Assembly: GCF_003918875.1 (NCBI RefSeq)
Contig: NW_025766392.1
Coordinates: 682,001 to 746,000, forward strand
Direction: 5' to 3'
Length of the DNA stretch: 64,000 nucleotides
DNA from: Haliotis rubra
Taxonomy: Eukaryota
Below the pieces are notes generated by a model. That model did no database searches. It was not told the DNA's origin and worked only from the letters and a program-made list of their open reading frames with translations. Of the stretch, positions 11,411 to 24,794 are shown piece by piece. The position numbers were made by a program, and so were the translations under genes. Numbering within the stretch: position 1 is the stretch's first letter; each line of letters starts with the position of its first letter.

Positions 11411-12369
11411 GCCATGATGAACTGCGTCCCCTCTAGTTATCTCCTCTTTAGCGGAACTGCGATAACATCGCCCCGCTAATAGTTACCAATTTAAAGTCGA
11501 TTATGCATTTTTAGAAGCCATTTTTCGTTAATTTATGCCAATAAACTGCTCATTTCACTGTCTACATTATTTCTAAAACATTTGTAAATGTCCAGACGTC
11601 CCTGAGAGGATATATGGCTTTTAAATTTCGATTTCTTTAAAGTTTTGTTTTTTGGTTTTACGTTACTTTGGGTAATTGGGGATTAGTTTTCTGTGATAAA
11701 TTATGACTTTATGGCATTACATCATAACCCACCATCTGCCAAACTAGGACTTTTTGGGTAATAAAATATTTTTACCATTCCATGTCGATTTCTCCGCGTT
11801 CCGTCAGGAGCTAACGGGGTCATATCAATTCAATCTATGCCTGCCACTACTTACGGGACTCCCATGATTAAATGCCATCCCCGTTACATCATTCAACGCC
11901 AGCGAAGGAAGAAACTGTATGGGTGCTGTAGTCGACAAGACACGCCCTCCGTGCAATAAATCAGCTCGTGCGCATTGGGTTGAGTGATGGAGGCCACTGT
12001 GGTGACTTATCTCAGTCATACTTCACCCGACAACTACACGAGATATATCCTGCACAAAAAAGTTACTCCCATTTTCTGAGTTTATCCAAGTTGAAGGTAA
12101 TATCGGAGCGCGTCAGCTAAGTTCACCAGAGATCTGTCTGAGATTTGAACCCCGTCGCCAAGTTCATGTGAAATTTGGGTTGCCATTGTATAGGGATGGG
12201 AGATATGTTGTAAAGGGGAAATGGGTGGAACACATATTGAAGGAAGAGACGCACTTTGGACAGGGGGCACAGGGGGCACAGGGGCACACTGGAGACGTGT
12301 ACATGAGTATTAGGGTACAGTGTGCCAGAGCTTAGGGTGGTTTCTGTACTAGTCCAGACTGATGCCGAT

Positions 12370-12828
12370 TTTATAAAGTAGATCTAGCCCACTGAGATAC
12401 TTTGTCGTAGTTTAACATGGAAGTCCCATGTGACCCATTCTACCATGACTTCAATAAATACTGCATGGATTGTGGTTGGTTAATTAAAGTCATTCAGAGG
12501 TATATAATCACGTTATATACCTCTGATTTTCCAACATTTAAATCTTAATAACGCGGTTATGGTAGAATGGTTTTTAATCAGATTTAGACCTACATGTATT
12601 ATATTTTCGCTATATACGTCTGATTTTCCAACACAGTATGTTTATCTCCTAATTATACGGGATCCGATCCAACCAGTCCTTGTTATATCCCCTTACTTCC
12701 AGGTGCCAAACATGGTAACGCTAACAATCATCCAGATAAATCCTTTAACGCTTTTTGGTCGGACGCATCCAGAGACTGAACCCGCAATCTTCCGCCCTCC
12801 TGGCGGACGCTCTATCCACTAGACCCGT
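12370..12828 (-). mobile_element. Degenerate, interrupted SINE family C copy
   Basis: CTAGCCCACTGAGATAC (~12385-12400) and CCAGTCCTTGTT...GGCGGACGCTCTATCCACTAGACC (12668-12828) match family C on the minus strand. Confidence 0.55.
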
Positions 12829-13269
12829 TGGTCTTATGAAAAAGGAATATAGTTACATAAATACTGTTTATATAAACTGTATCAATCGCTTGTGTTCCAC
12901 TAGACGAAAGAGAAGTACTGGTAGAAACAAATTCAAGTCAAACTATTGAAGGGTCGTCATATATTAAAGGCAGAATTATAGTCGCCATGTCCCTGCCTCT
13001 AGCTGTAAAGGGCGTCTAATACTACATAGCGATAAACCATTTTTGCATTATAGACAAAGTGCGATTGATACAGTAAGTGGAACAGGTAAATAGTAGGGCC
13101 TTGTGACCATGATGAAAACAGACGTTACACCCAAACACACCCAGTTATCATTGTCGCGAGTGCAACTCGATGTATGGATACAATGTTCTACCATCAATCG
13201 GTGCGCTAAGGTAATCGTAACTCTACTTTAACATTGGCTTACGAAAGTCGTAGCGCTACGTTCGCTTTG

Positions 13270-13760
13270 TGGAAAGTGCATCACTTTAATGTTCACAAAA
13301 GGTGACTTTGGCTGAAGCAGACGACAATAGGTATCAGAAGCGGTGCCTCAGTTTAGTATTGGTAAAGAAGGCTTTGGCTGAAACAGAAAACAACAGGTAA
13401 CTGAAACGATGCATCACTTTAATGTTAAAAAAAGGTGACTTTGGCTGAAGCAGACGACAATCGGTATCTGAAGCGGTGCCTCAGTATTGGTAAAGGAGGC
13501 TTTGGCTGAAACAGAAAACAACACGTACCTGAAACCGTACATCACTTCTAATGTTTAAAGGTGACTTACGAAAGTCGAAGCAGACGTAACGGTACGTGGA
13601 AAGTGCATCACTTTAATGTTTAAAAAAGGTGACTTTGGCTGATACAATAGGTATCTGAAACGATACGTCAGTTTTTTAGTGTTGGAAAAGTTGACTTTGG
13701 CTAAAGCAGACGACAATAGTTATCGGAGACGATGCGTCAGTTTAGTATTTGAATCGGTGA
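13270..13760. repeat. Degenerate ~133-bp dimeric tandem repeat
   Basis: GGTGACTTTGGCTGAAGCAGACGACAA recurs at 13301, 13434 and later, alternating with GGCTTTGGCTGAAACAGAAAACAAC. Confidence 0.75.
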
Positions 13761-13974
13761 CAGTGCCTTTGCTCATTACTGCTCATCTCCCTCAGAGCGT
13801 TGAATGTCCGTGACCATCACACACATCGATCGTGGTAAACTGGCCAGAAGGAATAAATTGGGCCGCTGTATCCGGTCTTCAAAAAGTTATCCCAAACGTA
13901 GGCTAAGTAGACATGTTTGCATCCTTATGTTGTATACAGACATATAATATCTATTATAAGATTTTAAATATGTG

Positions 13975-14213
13975 TTTTGTTTGTTTGTTAACGCCGCACT
14001 CAGCAATATTCCATATATATGGCGGCAGTCTGTAAATAACCCAGTCTAGACCAGACAATCCAGTGATAGACAACATGAGCATCGATCTACGCAGTTGGGA
14101 TACGATGACGTGTGTCAACCAAGTCAGCGAGCCTGACCACCCGATCCCGTTCGTCCACTTTTACGACAAAGATTGGTTGCTGAGGACCAATTCAAACCCC
14201 AATTACCACGGGT
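13975..14213 (-). mobile_element. Retroposon family B, full length, diverged
   Basis: Minus strand reads ACCCGTGG...GAATTGGTCCTCAGCAACC...TGTCGTAAAAGTGGACGAACGGGATCGGG through the tail to (AAAC)n. Confidence 0.82.
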
Positions 14214-15127
14214 AGTTTGACTCGTTCGTATATAACGGTCTTCAACAGGCGTACACGTTTTAAACGTTTCTATTCAAAATTCAGGTAAGTTAACGCCTCT
14301 TCATTTACATTTTTGGGGTACGGTGGTTTATTCCCTATTATATATATTATCAATTAATGTAGCTCCTACCTACCCTGTCGGCGACATCGGCCTTGAAATC
14401 ATCATCATCAACAGGCTTACACAACCGGAACACGCAAAAGTGAAGAATTCAGCTACTCGAACAGGTTGTAGACTTAGCAATCGATTTTGTTTCCCTCAGA
14501 ATGTTAAAAAATACATTGACAAATGGGTTTCTGGATTACCCACAGAGTTGATCACTCAGAGCAAACAGTTGTAGTCTGTTACAAGACAAACATGAATAAA
14601 CACACATTGAAAAATGAGCATCACGTGGGATATTATGGCTGGAGATAAGTTAAGTAAAGCGCGATGACGTATCGTGGCATCCTGTTGACAGTTTCAGATG
14701 TGCAAGCGGGGCGCTCCTGATAACGTCCCAACTGGTATATACCCACGCCGATCACCGGGCTGCTATTGGGAGTTATTAACGGCACATGTCTCCATACGAG
14801 CACCTGTTCAAGGTATTGTCTTTGGGAGTCTGCTGTTGATGATGTGCTAATGTTTCGCCGTGCTGAAATAGATGACCGCAGGTTGCAGGTGTGACTCTCT
14901 CCTTCCATCACGCTCACTATCTCAAGAACACAAACTTCCTGTAAACAGGTTTTTAAACTTTAAATAGATAGCTTCGTGGTTATCAGACACGATGCTGTTT
15001 CCTATGATGAAACTGTTTGTATCATGATTCTGTTTCAACATTTAAATCTTTCGTTTCTTTGCGTAAACAAACCAATCTTTCTTAATCTTTTGTTTTTATA
15101 GTCATTTGGACTTGATCAAATTAAATT

Positions 15128-15480
15128 ATGGGGTGGGTAAGGCAAAATTTGTGCACTTTGGGGTTAAGAACACCAAAATGTCTGAAAAAATGTAACTTGG
15201 ATAACACCATATGTGAATTACATACATCACTGTTATGATAACCCTGAACTGAATTGAATATGACTGAGATAATGATGATGTATTGACCATAGACTGACAT
15301 CATTAGAGATTTCATCCAAATAGGCGGCCATCTTGGATATTCTGCCATCAGGGGGCACTGCTGAGTTGGATTCATAACAAGAAATCTTTGGAATTGTTCA
15401 ATACACAAGTGTGCCAAATTTGGTGCTTTGTACCCAAAATGCACAATTTTGACAAAATCCTGCCTTAACCGCTCCGCTAT
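15128..15480. mobile_element. Non-autonomous DNA transposon (MITE) with degenerate terminal inverted repeats
   Basis: Left GGTAAGGCAAAATTTGTGCACTTTGGG matches the reverse complement of right CCCAAAATGCACAATTTTG...TGCCTTAACC. Internal GGCGGCCATCTTGG motif. Confidence 0.6.
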
Positions 15481-15689
15481 TAACCTCATTCTTCAAATGA
15501 TGATAAGTTGGTGAGTCTGTAGATTTTCTCGAGAATGATGACGTTTCAATATAAAATGGGGGTATACTCATACCCCAGTTGCCTGCGTGGAACCTGTGGT
15601 AGTGGGTTCGAATCAAAGATCGACCTAATCATGATTCTATGTTTGCCAGCACCTTGCCCATGCCCATGGTAAACGTTTTTCAGGTACAT

Positions 15690-15860
15690 TCTGGTGTGAT
15701 TGTGTAGCCTAGCAGTTAAACCATTCGCTCGTCACGCCGAAGTCCTGGGTTCGAATCCCCATATTGACATAATGTGTAAAGTCCATTTTGGGTATACTTC
15801 GCCCTCAATTGCTGGAATATTTCTGAAATTGTTGTTAAACCAAAATCGCCCTGTCACTCA
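15690..15860 (+). mobile_element. SINE family A, degenerate
   Basis: GTAGCCTAGCAGTTAAACCATTCGCTCGTCACGCCGAAG...GCTGGAATATT. Confidence 0.7.
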
Positions 15861-16146
15861 CAGTGGTACACACAGAACACTCTCGGTGTGCAGAGGTATA
15901 TGATTTGGAGAAAAGCATAAAAGAAAGTTCGCACAGTCCATATAACTGAGAGCTGTTGTTGTGTGAGTTGTGAGCAAATCTGAAAAATTGTACAAGAGCT
16001 TGTGGAAACATCTTTTTCAACATGAGGAGAAGGAAAAAGGGCTGTGAATTCAGTGATTACAAAACGTGGACATCGTAGTATAGTTACGAATGCATATATT
16101 ACGACGATCTGGATCCGTTTACATTTTCAGACATGCAAGACACACA

Positions 16147-16310
16147 GGGACGGTGGGGTAGCCTAGTGGTTAAAGCGTTCGCTCGTCACGCCAAAGACCC
16201 GGTTTCGATTCCCCACATGGGTAAAATGTGTGAAGCCCATTTCTGGTGTCCCCTGCCGTGATATTGCTGGAGTATTGCTAAAAGCGGCGTAAATCTAAAC
16301 TCACTCACTC
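16147..16310 (+). mobile_element. SINE family A, full length
   Basis: Consensus head and tail. TSD CAAGACAYACA. Confidence 0.9.
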
Positions 16311-16377
16311 AAGACATACAATTTGTTTTACCAACAGGACATACATGTTTTCTAGTATTTTCCAAGAAACATATGAA

Positions 16378-16496
16378 TAGCCGTGGATAACTGATCGAAA
16401 TAAAGAGTGATAGCCGTGGATAACTGATCGAAATAAAGAGTGATAGCCGTGGATAACTGATCGAAATAAAGAGTGATAGCCGTGGATAACAGATCA
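16378..16496. repeat. 33-bp tandem repeat, ~3.5 units
   Basis: TAGCCGTGGATAACTGATCGAAATAAAGAGTGA repeated. Confidence 0.9.
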
Positions 16497-16784
16497 TTTG
16501 AGGTCATGGTGCAAGATTAATTCACGATTATCTTCTTCTTTTATTCAGTGATTTTCACAATATATTTTTACCATCTTTGATAAGCACTCCCGCGGGTACC
16601 CCGAGTTGGCCCCTAGCAGCCCAAGGAATCAAATGGGTAGTGTCAAGAAACATGGTTGGTTGCGCGTCATCGTACCCCGACGGTGTGGATCGTATCGCAG
16701 AAAATCAATCACGGGATTGTCTGGTCAGGTTTTGGCTATTTACAGGCTGCCTTCATAAACATGTAAAATCACCCCTGAGGTTTC

Positions 16785-17065
16785 TGGTTGGTTGTTTGGT
16801 TGTATGACGCCACACTCGGCAATATTCTAGCCAGGCTACATGATTCTTTAGTTAAGATGTCCAGTCAATGTTAATGTATGGATCTTACGACTATCTTAGC
16901 AACATCAGGCCCCTGGACCAGACAATCCGGTGATCAACATCATGAGCATCGATCTATGCAATTGGGTTACGATGACATGTGTTAACCAGGTTATCGAGTC
17001 TGCCCCCCCGATCCCGTTAGTCGCCTCTTGGGTTGCGGAAGACCACTTCTAACCCGGATCTTCGC
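16785..17065 (-). mobile_element. Retroposon family B with internal insertion
   Basis: Tail at 16785-16835 and body plus 5' end at 16914-17065. A second degenerate + copy lies at ~16615-16760. Confidence 0.7.
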
Positions 17066-18539
17066 AGTTGCTGAGTTTTCTGAAGAGAAGTTACCGCTTT
17101 TCACAGTTAGGCATTCTTAATCACTTTTGCCTACAAACTGCAGTCTTGCCATGCCGGTAGAAAAGGTATAGCTCATCATTAAACTCTTATATACCGTTAT
17201 TTGTGCTGGTTTCCTTGTTTGGTCGTAACTGGTCATCATTAAACATTTGGATTTTCCATCTGCAATAAAATGTAATTTTACCTTTTACATTTCACGAACA
17301 CTGGCAGAAATACATCAAGGGTAAATATCCTGAGAGAATGGGAAATCACTCTCTATATAGACACAACACCCTACTGTTGTACAACTGTTAAGAGAGACAT
17401 CTCTGGAATGGAACCATCGTCCAAGTGACGCGGTCCGTGTTGTATAACACCCCATGCATGCAGTATAGCTCTTCTGCCTATGGAGAAAACATTCACTGCC
17501 TACAGAGTGGCACGTGCTGAAATCTACTTGTGACTGATGTAACGACCACCGAGACTCGAGATAAACAGTCATAGCGTGATAGTTCTGGTCTGTCGGTCAT
17601 CACTTCAGACGGAAGACATTTTTTACAACACCCCGATCGGGAGATACTATTTTCAAATTGCAAGCTTCCGGTCAATCAAGTATCCCTTAAACGTTAGTCG
17701 CCGATTGCTGAAGAGCCACATTTGATCCATGGCGCCGATTTCGTTTTAATTCCTCATTTGTTTTTACTATCTTGCATCTTTTGGTTTAATCACACGGAAT
17801 TGAAACCCGGATATTTTAAAACCGCGATGGCAAGTTAATCAAACGGCGATCCAGAGGTAGTTTTTGTCGTGTGATACTGTGGAAACATCTGGTGGATAAG
17901 TTCAGGCAGCCTGCACTGTGTAATATCAAAGTAGGCAACAGAGGAAGGTAGTAAAACAGCCCAGGGTCGCAGGAAATACAGAAATACCATGCTGGTAGTG
18001 TAAATATGCAAGATGTCTGTGAATACAATGGTAGGCCAAGATGGTTAACTTATGATTTGTGGTTAAATTGTGGGAACCCCAAGTCTTGTTAGACCATCTG
18101 CTTGTCGGAGGTTCCTCTATGGTTCATTGGAGTTTTGTGGCGAGATAAAACGCCCGTAGCAGGGACACAGTCACCAGGAGCGGATGCATTTCTGACTTAC
18201 GGCTCACAATCATGTAACACACAAGTTGGAAATTTGTTATTGTATTAGTTGGATTTAAGGACGATTCAGTTGTCTGAACACACGTACGCAACGCAAATGG
18301 CTTGATTGAATCGACGTCTCTGGATGGACGTTCTCAGTAGTCAACTATGAAATTACAAACATATTTCTCTACAACGTTTCACATTTGTATGCGATGGCCG
18401 TTCTCAACTGTTAAATTGTTCATGGAGCGAAGAGCGAGAATAGTTGTCAACAAGTGTCCAACAGTACCCTTCTAACTCTGCATAGGAATTTCAGCAATAG
18501 AATGTGCAGCAGTTTGTTTACAATGCCTGGATGGGGCCC

Positions 18540-18830
18540 GGCAATGGCAACGGTACCATTCGAGTTGTGGGAGTTATGAATTTTAAAGAGGCGTGAGTAT
18601 CGCATGTCGGGCATGAAGATGGTTGGATTGTTGTTGCGAACTTAGTGTGTGTTGCCGCAAACTTGCTATAAGTGGCGCGGTTCCTCAACAGCTGCGAATG
18701 ACAGTGAACGATAGTCGAGCGAGTCACTTCAAGAGGCACGGGCTGTGGCGCGTGCGCTCATACACCGTGTGTTTGTGAGTATCGTCTTCTTGGCGGAGTG
18801 ATAGCGTCCCTATCAACAAGCATCGCGATG
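18540..18830 (+). promoter_or_regulatory. CpG-rich promoter / transcription-start region of a large + strand gene
   Basis: Dense CpG (GTGGCGCGG, GGCGCGTGCGC) just upstream of a consensus donor AG|GTAAGT at 18834/18835. CpG visibly falls away downstream of ~19.3 kb. Confidence 0.6.
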
Positions 18831-18834
18831 TTAG
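18760..18834 (+). other. Candidate first exon ending ATG TTA G|gtaagt (start approximate)
   Basis: ATG at 18828-18830, perfect donor GTAAGT at 18835-18840, within CpG-rich DNA. Confidence 0.55.
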
Positions 18835-19934
18835 GTAAGTTACTTAGCATCACTCCTCTCTCAGAATGACTACTACGGGGATTCATACATGGCGGGTTTC
18901 TACTGTCATGGATTTATTTTCACATTTTTCTATCACACGCTTCACTTTTTTAACGATATGTATTAATGTCACATATGCCCCGCTCATCAGAATTTGACGA
19001 TGGAAAAAATTATGATTCGGGAATAGGAACTTTATATTTGTTTCGATTTTTTCCTGTCTCACCCGGCAAAGACTGGCAGCGTGACGATTACTCCCAAGAA
19101 GCGGGATTAAAAGAATTGATTTTGCGGATGTCAGTTTTGTTGGGATGAACATATTTCGCCCCTAGAGTTCATTGTAATGAATCTGTCGTCTGCTATATGA
19201 TCACGTGCATCACCCTTCACTTATCACGTTTCCACGTGCTTGATGTGTTTCCGAACGCTCGATATTGTCATCAATACTGGCAGTTTAATTACTTGCAACC
19301 TTTTTTATACATGAGTATTTTCTCATCCTCTTTTCTAGAGTAAGTTTTTTTGGGGTCACTTCAACATGTGTAGGTGAGTTTCTAGGGAGGAGAAATGATG
19401 AGATACCAAAACACTGGAGCCAGATGCTGATTTATAGACCCTCGTGTCTTGCAACAAATTTTAACGCCATTTGGCCTCTGAATGTTTTATTGAAGAGCCA
19501 TTCATGCTTGACAGCCTCTTTGGCACCTCTGGGTCTGAATAAAACAAACATGGCAACATTGCATGGCCAGTTCAGCCCTGCCACAGTGGTGTTAGCAAAA
19601 CAAAACACAGCCCCTGTTACTCAAACAGTGTCAATAAATTGATGTTTAATTGTTAAACATGTGATTGCTAAAAGCATTTCCTGTACTGGGGGGCAAAAAC
19701 TATTACGCAAATGCAGCCAATGGGACTTTAATTTAGTTAGATTTGAGTGGTTTCTATCCTGTAGTAGATGCCACTACAGGTTTTTTTTAAATTTGGCTGT
19801 TTTAATTTTAATCAGTGATGGGAAGCTGAAATAGATTGTTGACAGTATCACAAGTTGTTTACAGGTGACAATTTACTTAATAGCCTTGGTGTGCAATTTA
19901 TCCAATTGAGTCATAAATGATAGTCTTGTGTGAG

Positions 19935-20016
19935 CAGAGGCGAATCCAGAGGGGGATGCGTGGGTCCCGCATGATTTATGTGCACCCCCTTCTCCAAAAT
20001 CTTGGATCCGCCCCTG
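19935..20016. mobile_element. 82-bp MITE
   Basis: TIRs CAGAGGCGAATCCA / TGGATCCGCCCCTG with a 5-bp flanking duplication GTGAG. Confidence 0.7.
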
Positions 20017-20096
20017 GTGAGGTTAATTTATAATTCTACAAGAAAACAAACATTTATTAGTCTAAAGGAAATCCCAAGTCTCATAGTTTCGTTTGT

Positions 20097-20660
20097 TTTT
20101 GTTTGTTTGTTGGTCAACACTGCTCTCAGCAATATTTCAGCTATAGCCCGGTGGTCTCTGTGGAGCACAGTGGTGTAGTGGTTAGCATGCTGGCCTCTCA
20201 CGCCAAAGGCCCGGGTTCGAATCCCGGTGGAGACACCAAAATTTGTGACCTGGGTCTCATACTGTGTTGTGTCCCTGGGCAAGGCACTTCATCCACATTG
20301 CACTCAGTCCACCCAGCTGTTTAAAATGGGTACCTGAAAAGCTGATGTACGGACCTATACAGTCGGGCTTAGCGTTTAATAGAAGCTTTGAAAGTACAAT
20401 TCCGTCAGGGTAATAATGTAATGCCGGAGAACAGCATCGCGTTGGATTCTAGGCGCAAAAATTAGCATTATTATTATTATTATTAAATAATCGAGTCTGG
20501 ACCACACAATCCAGGAATTGACAGCATGAGCATTGATCTACGCAACTGGGATACGATGACATGTGTCAACCAAGTCAACGAGTCTGACCACCCAATCCCG
20601 TTAGTCGTCTCTTACGACAATCATGGCTTGCTGAAGACCAATTCTAACCCAGATCTTCAC
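20097..20660 (-). mobile_element. Retroposon family B split by a CORE-SINE insertion
   Basis: Tail at 20097-20160 continues at TAAATAATCGAGTCTGG (20484) to the 5' end ...TAACCCAGATCTTCAC. Confidence 0.82.
20162..20484 (+). mobile_element. CORE-type tRNA-derived SINE (family D)
   Basis: tRNA head with A box (TGGTGTAGTGG) and B box (GGTTCGAATCCC). CORE-like GTGTCCCTGGGCAAGGCACTT...CTCAGTCCACCCAGCTGTTTAAAATGGGTACC. (TTA)n tail. Confidence 0.82.
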
Positions 20661-20926
20661 ATGTGTCTCATACTTCAAGACCTAATGTTGAATATAGGAT
20701 GAGTCTAGACTTCTGCAGGGCTGTGATGGTAATAAGCGTGCAATGGGATGGTTGTTTAATTTAATATGTGTGCTGGGGTCTGTATGAGAGACCAATGTAT
20801 GTATATGGCCCAATGGTGTATTTGCCACAGCGCAATGTGCAAATGTCACAGATTTGAATCCAGGGAATTCTTGATAATACCTTCTTGGGGTACAGGAAAT
20901 AAAATGGGGTGTCCAGGGGTTGGTGT

Positions 20927-21091
20927 GTGAGTGAGTGAGTTTGGTTTTTACTCCGCTTTTAGCAATATTCCAGCAATATCATGTCTGGGACACCAGAAAT
21001 CAGCTTCACGCATTGTACCCATTTGGGGAATCGAACCTGGGTGTTTGGTATGACGAGCGACCGCTTTAACCACTAGACTACCCCACCGCCC
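20927..21091 (-). mobile_element. SINE family A
   Basis: Full head and tail on the minus strand, with several CpG-to-TpG changes. A family B fragment follows at ~21110-21270. Confidence 0.85.
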
Positions 21092-22383
21092 AGGTAAGAG
21101 TGTAAGAGGCTGGCCTTGGTGACTTGGTTGATAGCATGTCAATGTATCCCGATGCCATGGATTCATGCTCAAGATGTCAATCACCAGATTGTCATGTCCA
21201 GACCCAGCTACTTGCAAACTACTATGAGACAGTTAGAATATAGGATATTGCTGAGTGAGGCATTAAAAAGCTGTCTCTGTCTGGCATGTAGCCCATTTCT
21301 AGTGTCCTTTTCCTTGCCATGTTCTGTGGGACCAGCTGTCTTCCTGTTTAAAAGTATATTTGTCAAGCCTTGTAACAATGTTCAGCTCTGTATACATGAA
21401 GACAATACGATGTAAGCTCTCTCTTGCTTTGAAAGTGAGCTGATAAGGACTCCATTATCAAACAGTTCTTTGGAGAAACAGGATTAGAACACAAAACCCA
21501 AGTGTTATCAGAACCAGGTTTTTCTCCTGTCTGATGGTTTGTTGTAGGGAAGCCATGATTAATGGAAAGATCTCCATCTCACCTGCTGGTGTCTTTGCAC
21601 TGCTGAAAATCTTCCAAGATGGGGAATTTTTCATCAGTCTTGACATTTCTCGAGTTATTTCCAGTGCTGCTGAGAGATCCAATTTTACAATCTGATGTGA
21701 AATTTGGTTTTTGTTTTGATGAGTCGTAACTTGTGACGTAGAGGCCATCCTTAATGTTTTTAAGGATTCTTTTTATGTGGAATGTGATTATTATTAATTT
21801 TTTTATTTTAAGCTAACATTCCTAGACAGTGACATTTCATATTTAGAAGAACTAATAAATCAAGAAGACCCTTTTGCCAATATCTTTGGGTAAAAAAGAC
21901 AGAAGATGTATAATTTTAAATGCATTATTGTGTTAAAAAGTACAATTGCTGTGATTTAGTCATTTTTGTATGAAATATGAAAATTTGTGAGATAGTGTTT
22001 AAAAACCTTAAGATTTTAGAAAAGGTGAATAGAGAGTGTTTTGCTATAAAACCAAAGCATGGTGAACATTATGCCACAGAGGGTGTATTTACTTGAAGTT
22101 TTATCAGGTTGTAGGATTAGAAGAAAAAAATATTGTCAGCTACCTGATTCTTTGCTTTATCTTACAGTTCAAACATTACCTATAACACTTCCACTTTTTG
22201 TTGTTGGAAAACAGTGTCATCAGAAACACAATTCTAAAAATGATGTTTATTTATCTCCAAGTAAATAATTTGGTTGAAGGTTTTCTCAAGTTTACACAAA
22301 CACTTATGATGAGATTCTTATTGATAACTATTTTATTATGACACTTTTCACTGCATAAAAAGTACCATGTGAGAAATGATTGG

Positions 22384-22801
22384 TAGTGTTGGGAATTGGT
22401 TAAAATCTCATAATTGATGATTGGTTTATTACAACCGATCAATCATCGAAAAAAATTGGTTAGCGTCATTAATGAAATTTGTTAATGCACATAAAAAAAT
22501 AAGGAAAAAACATATAGTTCTTTTGTTTTTTTTGGCAAAATTTCACATCTTTAAAAGATGACTAGTATGTCAGGAACATAAATTTCTTAGAGTCTTTAAG
22601 ATAAATTCAATCATGACTTGAAATGAGCATGTAATGCTTATGAAATGTAACAGACAAAACCAACCTTGTGAAAAATATTGTTTATGAAAACAAGTGTTCC
22701 AGAATTGTTTGTGTTTGATTATGAGAAAACATGATCGATTGCTTGGTCATTTAGTCACTGCGACCAATCTTCGATTATTTCAATTAATCGGACCACCACT
22801 A
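22384..22801. mobile_element. hAT-like non-autonomous DNA transposon
   Basis: Termini TAGTG...CACTA and exact 8-bp TSD ATGATTGG. A second family member is at 44285-44768. Confidence 0.8.
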
Positions 22802-24794
22802 ATGATTGGTCATCATGAAAATACATTACATGAAAAGAGTGTCTACGACAGTGTTTGTAAAGCAAGGATAATTCAGTGAAGCATTGTTATACCCAGTCCT
22901 AAAATAAATGTCAGCTGTATAAGTTGTACCAAGGAATTCTGTCCATTGGCCTGTCTGTCTGTAGACTTTTTTGTACAACCATTAACTTGAAAACTATTGG
23001 TTGGATTGTTTTCAAATTTCGGGACCACCTCCTTTGTCTGAAAGAAATTTTGATTACAATTTTTTATTTTTTGTGTGTAAATTGCAAGTATTTTAAGAAA
23101 TTGAACTTAAGTGTTGTTCCAAATATTTTCAAATTTTGAAAGCAGCTTCTTTGTCTAAAGGAGAGGTGCAGTGCAATGTTTGGTTCCTATTTCCTATTTT
23201 CTGGAGTTGAGTCTGTTTACAGATTTTGAACTTAAAAATAAAAATGGAATGTTTTTTAGCCAATAACTTGGACACATTTGAATGGATTGTTTTGAAATTT
23301 GGAGATTACCCTCCACACTTTCATACAGATATTGTATTTTTGTCAAGAATAGTCATTATGAATTGTTCAGCTGAAGTTGGGAGTAACGGTTGTGGCATCA
23401 GTGAGCCTTGCTCATACTTTTGGCATGCTTTAAGGACAGTTGGTTGTCGTAAGTTTGAAGTGATTTTGTTGATATATACTTAAAAAGAGGCTGTACCTAG
23501 ATATAGGTTGACATTTAATGGAAACACAGATTTTGGTTTGCTGAATCAAGGGTCCACCCATGGTCTCCAATTTTCAACATGGGTTATGACAAGGATCCAG
23601 TGAATGGGATTAGGAATAAAACATTCACCTTGGTTAAGTTAATAAGTTGGAAAACATAATCACTTGTTGGTTTCTTCTAATAATATTTTGACATTTGTGA
23701 CGTTACTGTAATACTGTCAAAAGCACCGCTTTTACATCTTCATTCACTCAATGTAATTGCTAGTTTGACAATTTACGTACAGTTTCAAAAAAGAAGGGAG
23801 GGATTAGTTTGTTCCAGGAATAAATTGGTAATAGACAATTTGGCCTCTGAACCACCCCTATAAATATGTGCAATAAAATTATTGTTCCGGCTTGAAGACT
23901 TCATGTTTTGGAGCAGCGCCCCCAAAAAACAGATTCTTTATCTATCCAAATTCCCAGTATATGTGCTCCACCTCTAAGATGTGAAATGGTTGGTCCCTGG
24001 AAAGTTTTATAGCCTATAAACTTGACAAAAGCAAGATACTAATTAGGACTTGTTGACAATTGATCTTGACATTGGGTTGTACAGAGTCCACTCACAGCTT
24101 TATAGCATTTAGATATCTTGTTATACGAAGTTTACCACGACAGATATCATGGCTCTTGGGTGAATAGGCTAAGGAGGAAATGGATGTGCTTTTAATGAAT
24201 CTTGTAGACTCTTATAAACTGCAGACCGGATAATCAGCTTAAGGTCAATTTGTCTTGTTAATTGCAAAGAGTTTAATGACATTAAAACATGTGGAAAAGA
24301 AATATAGGAAATTATTAATGCGTGGATGATAGAAATTGATAAGTTTTAATTGTATGTGTAATTAGTTTGGCTAAATGCTTGTCTCATGTCAAAATTTCCG
24401 TAATTAATTGGACATGCGTGTCTTGTAATGATTCCATTTGTGTAGCTGGATCTGATTATGGTGCTATCCTTGTTTTAATTGGAGAACCGCTCCAACATTA
24501 GCAGGTTAATTAATAACCTTTTAACAATATGGTTTGTGGGAGAGTGCACAAGGTTGATCATTTGTGGTAAACGTTTGTTGATAAGGTGCAAAACACTGAT
24601 AGATTAAATGGTTGTATATTGTAATGGACAGCTTGAAATTGTGGAACAAGGTTATTAATGAAGTCAGAAGGTTCTTAAAAAAATCCACAATTTCTACCAG
24701 GTATATATTCAGCCAACCCGTCCTGATAAATGTGGTTGCATCCATTGTCAATTTGTATGCGTAGAGGACGCAGGAACTCGTGTCCTGTAAATCC

